A stretch of 64,000 bases of DNA, taken from the NCBI GenBank assembly GCA_016125975.1, contig JAEFCZ010000006.1:4628-68627 (forward strand). Reading direction: 5' to 3'. Origin of the DNA: Nitrosopumilus sp. Its GTDB lineage: Archaea > Thermoproteota > Nitrososphaeria > Nitrososphaerales > Nitrosopumilaceae. The notes under the pieces are model-generated. The model had not been told where the DNA came from. It did not search any database and saw only the letters and a program-made list of their open reading frames with translations. Positions 1 to 10,345 of this stretch are shown piece after piece (positions within the stretch are counted from its first letter, which is position 1; each line of letters opens with the position of its first letter). The position numbers were made by a program, and so were the translations under genes.

Positions 1-28
1 AGCAATACGTGATCTTTTAGGATAAAAA

Positions 29-949
29 TTGAATAATCAAAAATTTGATTCTATAATATTTGATTGTGATGGAGTGTTAGTAGACATAACTCAATCATAT
101 GATAAAACAATTGATAAAACCTGTAGATATATACTAAAAGAATTTGCAGGGATTAATTCCATTATTATTGATCACAAAATAATTGATGGATTCAAAACAT
201 CTGGTGGATTTAATGATGACGTTGATTTAACATATGCTGCAGTGTTATCATTGTATACATCTGACAAACTAAACAAAGAACCATCTGAATTTATCTATCA
301 AGTAATTTCAAATACTGATAAAACTGGAATAGGTTCTGTTCAATCTTATCTTGAATCTATTTGTGATATTTCTGAATTTTTATCTAAATTAGGTTCATTA
401 GATGATAGACATAACAATCTTGTATATTCTATATTTGATCAAATATTTTTTGGACCAGAATTATACAAAAAACTATTTGGAAAGCATTCAAAATTTTCTG
501 AAAAAGGAATGATATCCAACGACAAAGTAATTTTATCTGTATCTCTGTTACAAATACTGCAAAAAGAATTTGGACAAAAACTTGCAGTTGTTACAGGTAG
601 AGGGTTTGAATCCATCCTTTATTCGCTAAAAGATTTGTTAGATTATTTTGATATCAAAAATTCTGCTTTTCTAGAAGATGAATCAAGAAATCTAGCAAAA
701 CCAAATCCTGCAACATTAATTCGTGCTATGCAATCTATGGAGTCAAAAAATTGTCTATACGTAGGTGATTCTATGGAGGATTATATGATGGCAAAGGATG
801 TAAAGCAGGCAGGATATACTACCACATTTTGTGCAATTGTAGGCACAAGTACAAATCCTGAAGATAGACGTAAATTATTTGCAGAATCAGGCGTGGAAAT
901 GATTTTAGAATCAATTAATGATATTCCGAAGGTATTAAATTTAGTTTGA
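29..949 (+). CDS. HAD-superfamily hydrolase, first gene of his cluster (possible histidinol-phosphate phosphatase)
   Basis: HAD motif [14 protein letters not shown] and GDSMED motifs; directly upstream of hisB. Confidence 0.8.
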   Translation: MNNQKFDSIIFDCDGVLVDITQSYDKTIDKTCRYILKEFAGINSIIIDHKIIDGFKTSGGFNDDVDLTYAAVLSLYTSDKLNKEPSEFIYQVISNTDKTGIGSVQSYLESICDISEFLSKLGSLDDRHNNLVYSIFDQIFFGPELYKKLFGKHSKFSEKGMISNDKVILSVSLLQILQKEFGQKLAVVTGRGFESILYSLKDLLDYFDIKNSAFLEDESRNLAKPNPATLIRAMQSMESKNCLYVGDSMEDYMMAKDVKQAGYTTTFCAIVGTSTNPEDRRKLFAESGVEMILESINDIPKVLNLV

Positions 950-977
950 TAAAATAACAGTATTCTCAGGTGATAAG

Positions 978-1565
978 ATGAAAAAACGTTCAAGTAAAAT
1001 CAAACGTGAAACAAAAGAAACTGGTGTCTCAGTTACAGTAAACATCGATGGTACTGGAAACACTAACATTTCAACTGGTGTAAATTTTATTGATCATTTG
1101 ATTACTGCATTTGGAAAACATGCAATGTTAGATTTGACAGTAAAATCAAAATCAAAAGATAATATCGTACACCACTTAATTGAAGATACTGCAATTACAA
1201 TTGGAAACGCAATAGATGAGGCATTAGGAAATAGAATAGGTATTACTAGATTTAGCTATGCATCTGTTCCAATGGATGAATCATTAGCTGAGGCCTCGGT
1301 AGATTTGGTAAAAAGACCATTTTACAAGTTAACTTTATCTATAAAGAGAACAAAGATTGAAGATGTATCAAAAGAAGATCTTGAACACTTTTTCCAATCT
1401 TTACTACAGAATCTAAACAGCTGTATCCATCTTACTGTAAAGTATGGGGATAACGATCATCATAAAGTAGAATCTGCAATGAAATCTCTAGCGGTAGCAT
1501 TTAGAATTGCATGTTCTAAAGATTCAAAACAAAAAGGAATTCCAAGTACCAAAGGTGCAATGTAA
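978..1565 (+). CDS. hisB: imidazoleglycerol-phosphate dehydratase
   Basis: HHLIED, PMDESLA and NDHHKVES motifs; C-terminal PSTKG. Confidence 0.97.
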   Translation: MKKRSSKIKRETKETGVSVTVNIDGTGNTNISTGVNFIDHLITAFGKHAMLDLTVKSKSKDNIVHHLIEDTAITIGNAIDEALGNRIGITRFSYASVPMDESLAEASVDLVKRPFYKLTLSIKRTKIEDVSKEDLEHFFQSLLQNLNSCIHLTVKYGDNDHHKVESAMKSLAVAFRIACSKDSKQKGIPSTKGAM

Positions 1566-2167
1566 TGACAAAGATTGCAATATTTGATTATGGATCTGGA
1601 AATATTTTCAGTCTCAAAAATGCATTAGAAAAACAGAATGCAATAGTAGAAGTTCAAACTAAAGTTGACAATCTAAAAGGATATGATGGAATTTTTTTAC
1701 CTGGAGTTGGAAATTTTGATCCTGCAATACAAAGTATCAATCGTGATTCGGTAGACTTTCGTCAAATTATAGGTGATACGCCTGTTTTTGGTATATGTCT
1801 AGGTATGGAGATGTTCTTTGAAAAAAGTCAAGAAGGAAATGAAAAAGGTCTTGGAATAATTAATGGTGATGTCATTATTTTGCCTGATACATTAAAAGTT
1901 CCCCACATGGGTTGGAATGCACTTGAAATCAAACAAGAAAATAAACTTCTTGAAGGAATTGAAAATAATTCGTGGGTTTACTTTGTTCATTCGTATAGGG
2001 CTAATCCTACAACACAGGATGTTATAATTGCAGAATCTGATTATGATGTCAAAGTTCCAGCTATTGTTCAAAAAAATAATTATTTTGGAACTCAATTTCA
2101 TCCAGAAAAATCGGGTGATGTTGGTGCACTAATGTTAAAGAATTTTTTACGAGAGTGCTCAAAATGA
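1565..2167 (+). CDS. hisH: imidazole glycerol phosphate synthase glutaminase subunit
   Basis: PGVG, GICLGM, PHMGWN, FVHSY and QFHPEKS motifs. Confidence 0.97.
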   Translation: MTKIAIFDYGSGNIFSLKNALEKQNAIVEVQTKVDNLKGYDGIFLPGVGNFDPAIQSINRDSVDFRQIIGDTPVFGICLGMEMFFEKSQEGNEKGLGIINGDVIILPDTLKVPHMGWNALEIKQENKLLEGIENNSWVYFVHSYRANPTTQDVIIAESDYDVKVPAIVQKNNYFGTQFHPEKSGDVGALMLKNFLRECSK

Positions 2168-2874
2168 AAATAATTCCTGCAATTGATTTAATGAATGGAC
2201 AAGTAGTTCGACTTTACAAGGGAGATCCTAAACAAAAAACCGTATATAGTGATGATCCTGTATCTGTTGCCAAAAAATGGCAAGATGCAGGAGCTGATAT
2301 GTTACACATTGTTGATTTAGATGCTACTATTGGAACTGGTAGCAATTTAGATTTGATTGAAACAATTACTAAAGAACTGTCTATTCCTGTAGAAGTTGCT
2401 GGTGGTTTACGTGATGAAACAATAATTGACAGAGCAAATTCTTTTGCAACTAGAATTGTTATTGGCACTTTAGCATTCAAAGACAAAGAATTGTTACAAC
2501 AAATTGCCAACAAATATGGATTTTCAAAAATTGTAATTTCTGTTGATCATATAGATGGATTCATTGTGACTCATGGTTGGCAAGAGAGTACAAAAACACC
2601 CTTGCTTGATGCGATAAATGAATTTGTAAGTATGGGATTTACTGAATTCCTACTCACAAATGTAAGCAAAGATGGAACCATGGAGGGTCCTGACTTGGAA
2701 TTTTTAGAAAAAGCATGTTCTATACAAAATACAAATGTGATTGCAAGTGGTGGAATATCAAATATTGATGATGTATATAATGTGCAAACAAAAAATGCAT
2801 TTGCAGTAATTTTAGGAAAGGCATTGTATGAAAACAAAGTTTCAATTGAGGAGGCAAAACAACTTGTTAACTAA
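2164..2874 (+). CDS. hisA: ProFAR isomerase
   Basis: Starts MKIIPAIDL (ATG 2164); HIVDLD, GGLR and DGTMEGPD motifs. Confidence 0.96.
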   Translation: MKIIPAIDLMNGQVVRLYKGDPKQKTVYSDDPVSVAKKWQDAGADMLHIVDLDATIGTGSNLDLIETITKELSIPVEVAGGLRDETIIDRANSFATRIVIGTLAFKDKELLQQIANKYGFSKIVISVDHIDGFIVTHGWQESTKTPLLDAINEFVSMGFTEFLLTNVSKDGTMEGPDLEFLEKACSIQNTNVIASGGISNIDDVYNVQTKNAFAVILGKALYENKVSIEEAKQLVN

Positions 2875-3664
2875 ACGAATAATTCCATGTTTGGATGTAG
2901 ATAATGGACGTGTAGTAAAGGGATTAAACTTTGAATCAATAAAGGATGCTGGAGATCCGGTAGAACTTGCAGCCAAGTACAGTAAAGACGGAGCTGATGA
3001 ATTAGTTTTTTTGGATATTACTGCATCCCAAGAAAAAAGAAAGACAATCAAAGGATTAGTGTCTAATGTTGCTAGAGTAATTGATATTCCATTTACTGTA
3101 GGTGGTGGAGTAAATAGTATGGATGATGCAAGAAATATTTTGCTTAATGGTGCAGACAAAGTTGGGGTAAACACAGGCGCTGTAAAGAATCCAACACTAT
3201 TAACAGAACTTATGACGATATTTGGTAAACAATGTGTAGTAATTGCAATAGATGCAAAGAGAAACTATTCTGAGGATTCTACTAAAACAATGTTTGATGA
3301 AGATGGTAAAAAATTCTGGTTTGAGGTCTTCATTTTTGGTGGAAAACAAGAAACTGGACTTGATGCAATTAAGTGGGCAAAAGAAGCAACAGATCTTGGT
3401 GCCGGAGAAGTATTGCTTACCAGTATAGATAAAGATGGAACAAGAGATGGGTATGATATTTTGTTGACCAAAAAAGTAGTAAATGCTGTTTCTGTACCTG
3501 TTATTGCATCTGGAGGATGTGGAAAACCTGAAGATATGTGTGAAATCTTTGAAAAATCTGATGTTGATGCTGCTTTGGCAGCCTCAATTTTCCATTATGA
3601 AGATCAATCAGTAAATCAGGTTAAAGAGATTCTTAGAGACAAAAATGTCTCTGTACGATTATAA
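2864..3664 (+). CDS. hisF: imidazole glycerol phosphate synthase cyclase subunit
   Basis: TTG start giving MLTKRIIPCLD; DAGDPVELA, FLDITAS, DGTRDGYD and ALAASIFH motifs. Confidence 0.97.
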   Translation: MLTKRIIPCLDVDNGRVVKGLNFESIKDAGDPVELAAKYSKDGADELVFLDITASQEKRKTIKGLVSNVARVIDIPFTVGGGVNSMDDARNILLNGADKVGVNTGAVKNPTLLTELMTIFGKQCVVIAIDAKRNYSEDSTKTMFDEDGKKFWFEVFIFGGKQETGLDAIKWAKEATDLGAGEVLLTSIDKDGTRDGYDILLTKKVVNAVSVPVIASGGCGKPEDMCEIFEKSDVDAALAASIFHYEDQSVNQVKEILRDKNVSVRL

Positions 3665-3686
3665 AGAAATTTTGTGATGAATAATC

Positions 3687-4016
3687 ATGAATAAAACAAT
3701 TGAAGATATTGATTTTGAAAAAAGTGGTGGATTAATTCCAATTATTGTACAGGATGCAAATACCAAAGATGTTTTGACTTTGGCGTACTCAAATAAAGAA
3801 TCACTTGAATTAACTAGAAAGACTGGAAACTCGTGGTTTTTTAGTCGTTCAAGAAACAAACTTTGGATGAAAGGAGAAGAATCAGGTAATATACAAAAGG
3901 TAAAAGAAATTCTTGTTGATTGTGATTCTGATGCAATTATTTATCTTGTAGAGCCATCTGGACCAGCTTGTCATACTGGTAAGATGGGTTGTTTTCATAA
4001 TAATTTAGAAAAATAA
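3687..4016 (+). CDS. hisI: phosphoribosyl-AMP cyclohydrolase
   Basis: SRSRNKLWMKGEESG, DCDSD and GPACHTG motifs. Confidence 0.96.
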   Translation: MNKTIEDIDFEKSGGLIPIIVQDANTKDVLTLAYSNKESLELTRKTGNSWFFSRSRNKLWMKGEESGNIQKVKEILVDCDSDAIIYLVEPSGPACHTGKMGCFHNNLEK

Positions 4017-4018
4017 AT

Positions 4019-4588
4019 TTAGCATACTGGTTCAGTAGATGTTCCCGGAACAACTTTGTCTGTAATCTCAAAGTCTAGATTTTGATGATTAGTTCCTCTA
4101 AACACTAATGTCCATTTACCAATTAAATCATCTACTGAACAAATATTTCTGGTTGCAGATATTGATGGTTCTAAATAATAATTGAATGCATCTCTTTGAG
4201 TTCCATCAAATGGAATTGTAAGATACACACTATAATGTGTAGCATTTAAGGGTCTCATTACAGTTACCTGTCCTTTGGCATCATGATCTAATCCTCCAAT
4301 TCTTAGAAATATTTTTTCCCCTATGGCATATTCTTTTCTATCAATTTCAAACGGCCCAGATGATTGCCATTCTCTTGGTAATGGCGTATAATCATTTTCA
4401 TTTTTAATTCTCTCTATCTCATCTAATTTTTCTTGAATTTCCGGAATCTCAACTGGTTGAATCTCTTTATCTAATGTATCTTCTACTTCTGCAATATCTG
4501 ATTCTTGATATGATGCCAAAATTGTTACGACGATAATTACAATTACAGCTATTATTCCTGCAATTATTGGAATTTTCATATGAAGCAA
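4019..4588 (-). CDS. hypothetical membrane-anchored protein
   Basis: N-terminal hydrophobic helix followed by an Ig-like-looking beta region. Confidence 0.7.
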   Translation of the reverse strand: MLHMKIPIIAGIIAVIVIIVVTILASYQESDIAEVEDTLDKEIQPVEIPEIQEKLDEIERIKNENDYTPLPREWQSSGPFEIDRKEYAIGEKIFLRIGGLDHDAKGQVTVMRPLNATHYSVYLTIPFDGTQRDAFNYYLEPSISATRNICSVDDLIGKWTLVFRGTNHQNLDFEITDKVVPGTSTEPVC

Positions 4589-4798
4589 TTCTTTTGAAAA
4601 TCTCTAAAAACCTTGCCATTGTTTAATAATTTACAAAAATCTATTTTTTCAGAAATTCTCTCAATTTTTTTTATTGTTTTTCAAATTTTTTTCTAAATTT
4701 TTGGGTCTATTGTTATTATATTTTTATTAAATAAAATTAAGTATCACTTAACTTGATATTAGGATTTTTTATGTATGTTTTCAAAGGAGAAATTGATC

Positions 4799-6013
4799 TT
4801 GACTAGAACATCACTACAATGCAGAGAATGTAAAAAAGAGTATGAATCCACTTTCAAGTATATCTGTGATGATTGTTTTGGTCCACTTGATGTCAAATAT
4901 AATTTTCCAACAGTCACAAAAGATACTTTTTCAAACCGTGAACATACCTACTGGAGATATTTTGAATTACTTCCAATAGAGGAGAAAAAAAATATTGTGT
5001 CCATTGATGCAGGAATGACTCCTCTTAGTAAAGCTGAAAGATTAGGAGAAAAACTTGGACTAAACAATCTCTATATAAAAAATGATTCAGTTAATCCTAC
5101 ATTTTCATTTAAAGATAGACCTGCAGGTGTTGCAATTTCAAAAGCAAAAGAATTTGGATTAAGTGCAGTTGGTTGTGCATCTACTGGTAATTTGGCATCA
5201 GCTACTGCTGCACATGCTGCAAAAGGAGGATTCCCATGTCATGTATTTGCACCAAGTAATATTGAGATGGCAAAAATTACTCAAGCCTTGTCATATGGTG
5301 CAAATTATATCGCAGTTGATGGAACATATGATGATGCAAACAGAATAGCTGCCCAAATTGGAGATTCTAAAGGAATTGGAATTGTAAATATTAACATGCG
5401 TTCTCACTATGTTGAGGGTTCTAAAACATTAGCATATGAAGTTGCAGAACAACTTGATTGGCAAGTTCCTGATCAATTAATAGTTCCTGTAGGAAGTGGT
5501 GCAATGCTTAATGCAATTTGTAAAGGATTTGAAGAATTACAACAAGTATCATTACTAAATGATGTTTCTAATATGCATATGATTGCAGCTCAACCTCATG
5601 GATGTGCACCTGTATTTGATGCATTTAAGAAAAATAGTAAAGAGGTTATTCCAGTCGAAAACCCAGACACTGTTGCAAAGAGTTTAGCGATAGGTGATCC
5701 TGGGGATGGAAGATATGTGCTTAAACGATTAGAACAGTATAATGGATTTGCAGAAGAATGCAACAACCAAGAGATTTTGGATGCAATTATTCTACTTGCA
5801 AAAACTGAAGGAATATTTACAGAACCTGCAGGAGGTGTATCTCTTGCTGTACTTCAAAAAATGGTAGAACGGGGAAAGATTGACAAAAATGATAAGGTGG
5901 TGTGCTATGTTACTGGAAACGGACTCAAGGCAACTGAATCAATAATGTCTGTATTGCAAAAACCTCAAACAATGAAGGCAGACATTTCAGAAATATCGGC
6001 GGTAGTAAACTAA
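4799..6013 (+). CDS. thrC: threonine synthase-like PLP enzyme
   Basis: N-terminal CxxC...CxxC, NPTFSFKDR PLP lysine, ASTGN and PVGSG motifs; TTG start after AGGAG. Confidence 0.88.
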   Translation: MTRTSLQCRECKKEYESTFKYICDDCFGPLDVKYNFPTVTKDTFSNREHTYWRYFELLPIEEKKNIVSIDAGMTPLSKAERLGEKLGLNNLYIKNDSVNPTFSFKDRPAGVAISKAKEFGLSAVGCASTGNLASATAAHAAKGGFPCHVFAPSNIEMAKITQALSYGANYIAVDGTYDDANRIAAQIGDSKGIGIVNINMRSHYVEGSKTLAYEVAEQLDWQVPDQLIVPVGSGAMLNAICKGFEELQQVSLLNDVSNMHMIAAQPHGCAPVFDAFKKNSKEVIPVENPDTVAKSLAIGDPGDGRYVLKRLEQYNGFAEECNNQEILDAIILLAKTEGIFTEPAGGVSLAVLQKMVERGKIDKNDKVVCYVTGNGLKATESIMSVLQKPQTMKADISEISAVVN

Positions 6014-7344
6014 TGGCAAATATCACATTCACAATTCCTTCTGTCCTAAATCAAGGTGGCGGTGAAAAAAAGACCGAGATTACAGTAACATCTCTTGCTG
6101 AGGCATTTACAAAAATGTCTGAAATTATGGGTGATGACTTTAAGAGACGTGTACTTGAGGGGGATGGAACTCCTCGTTCTCTTATTAACATCTACATTAA
6201 TGGAAAGAATGCAAAATTTGCAGGTGGAATGGAAACTGTACTAAATGACAATGATGAGGTGTATATTTTACCTGCAGTAGCTGGTGGTTCTGATGAACTA
6301 TCTGCAACTGAACTTGATAGATATTCTAGACAGGTAATGCTTGAAGAGATTGGATATCAAGGTCAACTAAATTTGAAAAAATCTAAGATTTGTGTTGTTG
6401 GGACTGGTGGATTAGGAAATCCGATTACTAGCAGATTAGCTGCAATGGGTGTTGGAACTTTACGAATAGTAGATAGAGACGTAATTGAATTATCGAATCT
6501 TCACAGACAGACAATGTTTGATGAAGATGATGTGGGACAAATCAAAGTTGAAGCAGCTTCTAAAAAACTACAAAAACTAAATCCCAATTGTAAGATTGAA
6601 GCACTTGCTATTTCAGTTAATGAATATACTGCACCTGAAGTAGTAGATGGATGTGATGTTGTAATTGATGCATTAGACTCTGTTGATGCAAGATATGCAT
6701 TAAACAAGGCATGTGTGAAATCTGGAATTCCATTTGTTACTGGTGCTGCAGTAGGAGTATCTGGTCAAGTGTTTACTGTGATTCCTAAGGAAAGTGCATG
6801 TTACTTTTGTATGTTCCCAGAACTTGATGAAGATTCAATGCCAACATGCAGTATTGAAGGTGTACATCCATCAATTCTTTCTTTAGTAGGAGGTTTGGAA
6901 GTAGCTGAAGCTGTCAAAATAATTATTGGTAAAAAACCTAGTCTGTATGATAGAATTTTACATATTGATTTGGAGAATGTGGACTTTACTAGTACTAGAA
7001 CTTTTAGAGCAGATGAATGTCCTGTTTGTGGAACTGGAAAACAAGAAGAAATTGTAAAAAAGGAATTACTCTTGGAAGAATTATGTGGTCGAAACCGTGG
7101 CAAGAGAACTTATTCTATCACTCCTACTACTATCTTTGATATTGATGTTGATGCTATTACTGCAGTTGCAAAGAATAAAGGATTTGCAGTAGATAATCAA
7201 GGTGACTTAGGACTATCCATGAGAACTAATGAATTGTCAGTAAGTTTCATGAAAAAGGGCTCTGCTGTTGTAGTTGGACCAAAAGATGAAGATGATGCTA
7301 TCTCTTTATACAAAGAACTTTTGGGCAAAAAACTGGAAGCCTAA
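6013..7344 (+). CDS. MoaD/ThiS ubiquitin-like domain fused to ThiF/MoeB E1-like adenylyltransferase
   Basis: Beta-grasp domain ending PAVAGG, then RYSRQ, GTGGLG, SNLHRQ, CYFC and CPVC motifs. Confidence 0.9.
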   Translation: MANITFTIPSVLNQGGGEKKTEITVTSLAEAFTKMSEIMGDDFKRRVLEGDGTPRSLINIYINGKNAKFAGGMETVLNDNDEVYILPAVAGGSDELSATELDRYSRQVMLEEIGYQGQLNLKKSKICVVGTGGLGNPITSRLAAMGVGTLRIVDRDVIELSNLHRQTMFDEDDVGQIKVEAASKKLQKLNPNCKIEALAISVNEYTAPEVVDGCDVVIDALDSVDARYALNKACVKSGIPFVTGAAVGVSGQVFTVIPKESACYFCMFPELDEDSMPTCSIEGVHPSILSLVGGLEVAEAVKIIIGKKPSLYDRILHIDLENVDFTSTRTFRADECPVCGTGKQEEIVKKELLLEELCGRNRGKRTYSITPTTIFDIDVDAITAVAKNKGFAVDNQGDLGLSMRTNELSVSFMKKGSAVVVGPKDEDDAISLYKELLGKKLEA

Positions 7345-7465
7345 ATTCATTCACATGTATACAGAATATACTGTTTTTTTTAAAATAAATTTTGAGTTTT
7401 TCTAATGATTAATTGAAGCTAATTAATAGAAAGTTTTTATTGTTTTTTAAACTGCAATTTACAAT

Positions 7466-8104
7466 ATGAGTGCAATTTCTCCACAAGCAATTGAAGATTC
7501 ATTAAAACAATGTATGGATCCTGAAGTCCCTCTAAACATTGTAGAAATGGGATTAATCTATGGAATTGATGTGGCAGAAAATAATGATGTAAATATCAAA
7601 ATGACCATGACTACCCAAGGTTGTCCCCTTCATGAAACTCTAGTTTCTGACGCAACAAGGTTTGTCAAAAAAGTTCCTGGTGTAAATAATGTCAATATTG
7701 ACATTGTGTGGGATCCTCCTTGGTCAATGGATAAAATGTCTGAAGAAGCAAAAATCAAAATAAAAAACATGGGTGCTGGAATGAATACTCCTGCACCGAT
7801 TAACTATGAAACAGCTTTACCACAAGGTGTTGGTAAATTGGTTCAACAAGAAGATGGTTCTATGGTATTAGCAAATGAACATGATCAGGGATTTATGGTA
7901 AATCAAGCAATTGTTGATTTTTGGAAATCATGTAATGGACAACGTAAAGTTACAGATTTAGTTGAAATTTTTGCACAACAAACTGGATTGCAAAGAAATC
8001 AAGTTGAAAAAGAAGTAATGCAGTTATTACAACAATTACGTGATGGTGGATTAATTGCAATTGCAGGTCAACCTGATGCTCCAAATGTTGAATTTAAAAA
8101 ATAA
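7466..8104 (+). CDS. DUF59/SufT-like FeS assembly domain with C-terminal PqqD-like domain
   Basis: DPEVPLNIVEMGLIY and TMTTQGCP motifs; C-terminal VNQAIVDFWKSCNGQRKVTDL...LLQQLRDGGLI resembles PqqD/RRE. Confidence 0.8.
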   Translation: MSAISPQAIEDSLKQCMDPEVPLNIVEMGLIYGIDVAENNDVNIKMTMTTQGCPLHETLVSDATRFVKKVPGVNNVNIDIVWDPPWSMDKMSEEAKIKIKNMGAGMNTPAPINYETALPQGVGKLVQQEDGSMVLANEHDQGFMVNQAIVDFWKSCNGQRKVTDLVEIFAQQTGLQRNQVEKEVMQLLQQLRDGGLIAIAGQPDAPNVEFKK

Positions 8105-8106
8105 TT

Positions 8107-8754
8107 TTAAAAAATATAGTTTGAATTTGCGCCATCAAAATTTATTGTAACTCCTGAAAGATATTTTATTTTATTTTGAATTATAGACTTTACAAAGTTT
8201 CCAATTTCATCTGGTTCTCCAAGTCTTTTCATTGGTAGAGATTGTTTGTATTCTTCTACATTTTCTATTAATTCCTGTGTTCTATCCGTGTTTATTGGTC
8301 CTGGTGCAATGTTAATACAGCTGATTTGATTTGTAGCGTAATCCTTGCTCAACACTTTGAATATCTCTGCAAATGCTGCACGGTAAGCTGATGAAATTAT
8401 TAATTTTGAATTTGGTTCTTTAATGACACTTGAACTTATTAGAAATATGTATCCTCCGTCATTAATCTTAATATTTTGTAAAATTGTAACAAATCCCAAG
8501 AATAATTGATTATGATATAATTTCCAATCTTCTTCTGTAATTGTTGCAAATGGTTTTGGGGCTGGTCCTCCTGTATTTAGAACCAAAATATCTGTTTGAT
8601 TGTGATTTTTTACAAATTCATTTACACTGAATAAATCAGATGTATCAATATCTTTTTTTGATGCAGCAAAAACATCAATTTCTAATGATTTTAGTGATTT
8701 TGATATTGCTCTTCCTATCCCTCTTGAACCCCCTAAAATAATTGCACTAGTCAT
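8107..8754 (-). CDS. short-chain dehydrogenase/reductase
   Basis: GGSRGIG, NTGGP and PGPINT motifs. Confidence 0.9.
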   Translation of the reverse strand: MTSAIILGGSRGIGRAISKSLKSLEIDVFAASKKDIDTSDLFSVNEFVKNHNQTDILVLNTGGPAPKPFATITEEDWKLYHNQLFLGFVTILQNIKINDGGYIFLISSSVIKEPNSKLIISSAYRAAFAEIFKVLSKDYATNQISCINIAPGPINTDRTQELIENVEEYKQSLPMKRLGEPDEIGNFVKSIIQNKIKYLSGVTINFDGANSNYIF

Positions 8755-8779
8755 ATTATTTTGAAATATTCTTTGATAA

Positions 8780-9019
8780 TTAAATTTCTTTGATCTTAGT
8801 TATTGTTCCTTGAACTGAATCCATCTGAATTATTGCCTTTTTCTCATTCCAACCTAATGCCACGTACCAATCTCCAGCATCGTCGTGATATTTTGTTTCT
8901 AGAGTTTCAATTGTATCTGGAACCACATTGTATTTTTTTGCAATGCCTGATACTGCAAGAGCAATGGCGTCTTTTTCTTTTTCTAATCTTCTCTTCATTA
9001 ATCCAATTCCAGGACTCAT
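8780..9019 (-). CDS. small hypothetical protein
   Basis: Clean ORF with typical codon usage; true start may be a few codons downstream. Confidence 0.65.
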   Translation of the reverse strand: MSPGIGLMKRRLEKEKDAIALAVSGIAKKYNVVPDTIETLETKYHDDAGDWYVALGWNEKKAIIQMDSVQGTITKIKEI

Positions 9020-9137
9020 AAAATTCTTAGATTGTTTTATCTAATATAGTTAATTCTAAAAATTAGTCACAAAGTTAATTTTTTCAAATTGATATTCTTA
9101 CAATATTTCAAATACTCCTTTCATGAGGTGTGAATAA

Positions 9138-9731
9138 ATGCGATTAATCCAACGAATTTCAAACTCTACACTTGTAAAATCTGATAACCTTGTACATTTC
9201 ATATGTATTCTATCTGTAATTGGTCCTGTCATTACAGTTTCAGCAGGATTTTGGGATGCGATATCTCATCTTCAAAAAGAACCTGAATTTTTCTGGAGTC
9301 CATCTCACATGATTGTTTATACTGGAGTTTCAATGACTGCTGTGGCTGCAATATTTGGTGGTATTTTGATAATTAGAAAATCAATTCATCGTTCTTTAAA
9401 GATAGGAGTTAAACTAGTAATGGTTGGTTCTATTATTCAAATAATTTCAGGATTTGGAGATTCATTATCTCATGAAATATTTGGCATTGATGGATTAGTC
9501 TCTTGGTCTCACCAACCATTAGAATTAGGACTTGTTCTTGGTTCACTTGGTGGTTTGTTAATTTTAAAAAATAGAGAACACACTAAACTCAAATTATTAT
9601 TGCCTTTCTCAATTGTAACATTTTTGTTCTTTACAATATGGTTGGGATTTAATTTAATCTTAATTTTTGGACATACAATACAATGTATTCCTGTTTATGA
9701 GATATTCTCATCAGGTTGTGCCATTTTATAA
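9138..9731 (+). CDS. hypothetical multi-pass membrane protein
   Basis: Several TM helices; WD...H, WSPSH and GDSLSH conserved-looking motifs. Confidence 0.75.
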   Translation: MRLIQRISNSTLVKSDNLVHFICILSVIGPVITVSAGFWDAISHLQKEPEFFWSPSHMIVYTGVSMTAVAAIFGGILIIRKSIHRSLKIGVKLVMVGSIIQIISGFGDSLSHEIFGIDGLVSWSHQPLELGLVLGSLGGLLILKNREHTKLKLLLPFSIVTFLFFTIWLGFNLILIFGHTIQCIPVYEIFSSGCAIL

Positions 9732-10186
9732 TTTTTGATTTTAAGATAAGACATTATTATCATAGCAATAGAACCAACTAGAATCAATATCCCTGGAGGG
9801 GTCATCTCCTTTGAATTTGTATTTCCAAATTCTATATCTAAATTAACTTGATTTTTTGTCAAGTTTGTTATTTTGGCAGTATATGTTCCATCTTCATTAA
9901 AATCAAAATACCCTACTGACATTTTTGTCTGAACAATTTGTTCTTGAATTACATTGTCTTTAACATCTAGAATCTGGATGAATATTTCCTGACCTGAAAA
10001 TTCTGGCATGTGTACTTTGTAAAATCCAATATCTGTGCCTATAAAATGTGATTCTATTTCAAAAGAACTTGACTGTTTTAGAATTGTTTGCTCTTGAATT
10101 TTTTCAATATCTGCAAAAATTATTGAAATCCAAATCATTCCAACAATTACCAAAGTTAATCCAATCTTGAATAATGATATCTTCAT
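9695..10186 (-). CDS. hypothetical membrane protein
   Basis: N- and C-terminal TM helices flanking a beta-rich domain. Confidence 0.7.
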   Translation of the reverse strand: MKISLFKIGLTLVIVGMIWISIIFADIEKIQEQTILKQSSSFEIESHFIGTDIGFYKVHMPEFSGQEIFIQILDVKDNVIQEQIVQTKMSVGYFDFNEDGTYTAKITNLTKNQVNLDIEFGNTNSKEMTPPGILILVGSIAMIIMSYLKIKNYKMAQPDENIS

Positions 10187-10226
10187 TTCGTTTTTGTAAT
10201 TTTTTTTACTTAATAAGATAATCTAA

Positions 10227-10301
10227 AGGGCTCGGAGGGCTTCGATCCCTCGACCTGGCGGTTCGAAGCCGCCCGCACTATCCAGGCTGTGCAACGAGTC
10301 C
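10227..10301 (-). tRNA. tRNA-Arg(TCG)
   Basis: Cloverleaf on minus strand; anticodon arm GGCGG-CTTCGAA-CCGCC; A3:C70 mismatch in acceptor stem. Confidence 0.93.
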
Positions 10302-10345
10302 AAACAAGTAAGAATTTAACAGGCCTAAATATCTGTCTAGATACT

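Noticed and set aside
4600-4790. Very AT-rich intergenic tract as a replication origin
   Set aside because: No ORB-like repeats and no adjacent cdc6/orc1; consistent with divergent promoters.
10289-10345. N-terminal extension of the aminotransferase overlapping tRNA-Arg
   Set aside because: ORF-caller artefact; TTG 10346 gives the family-typical start.
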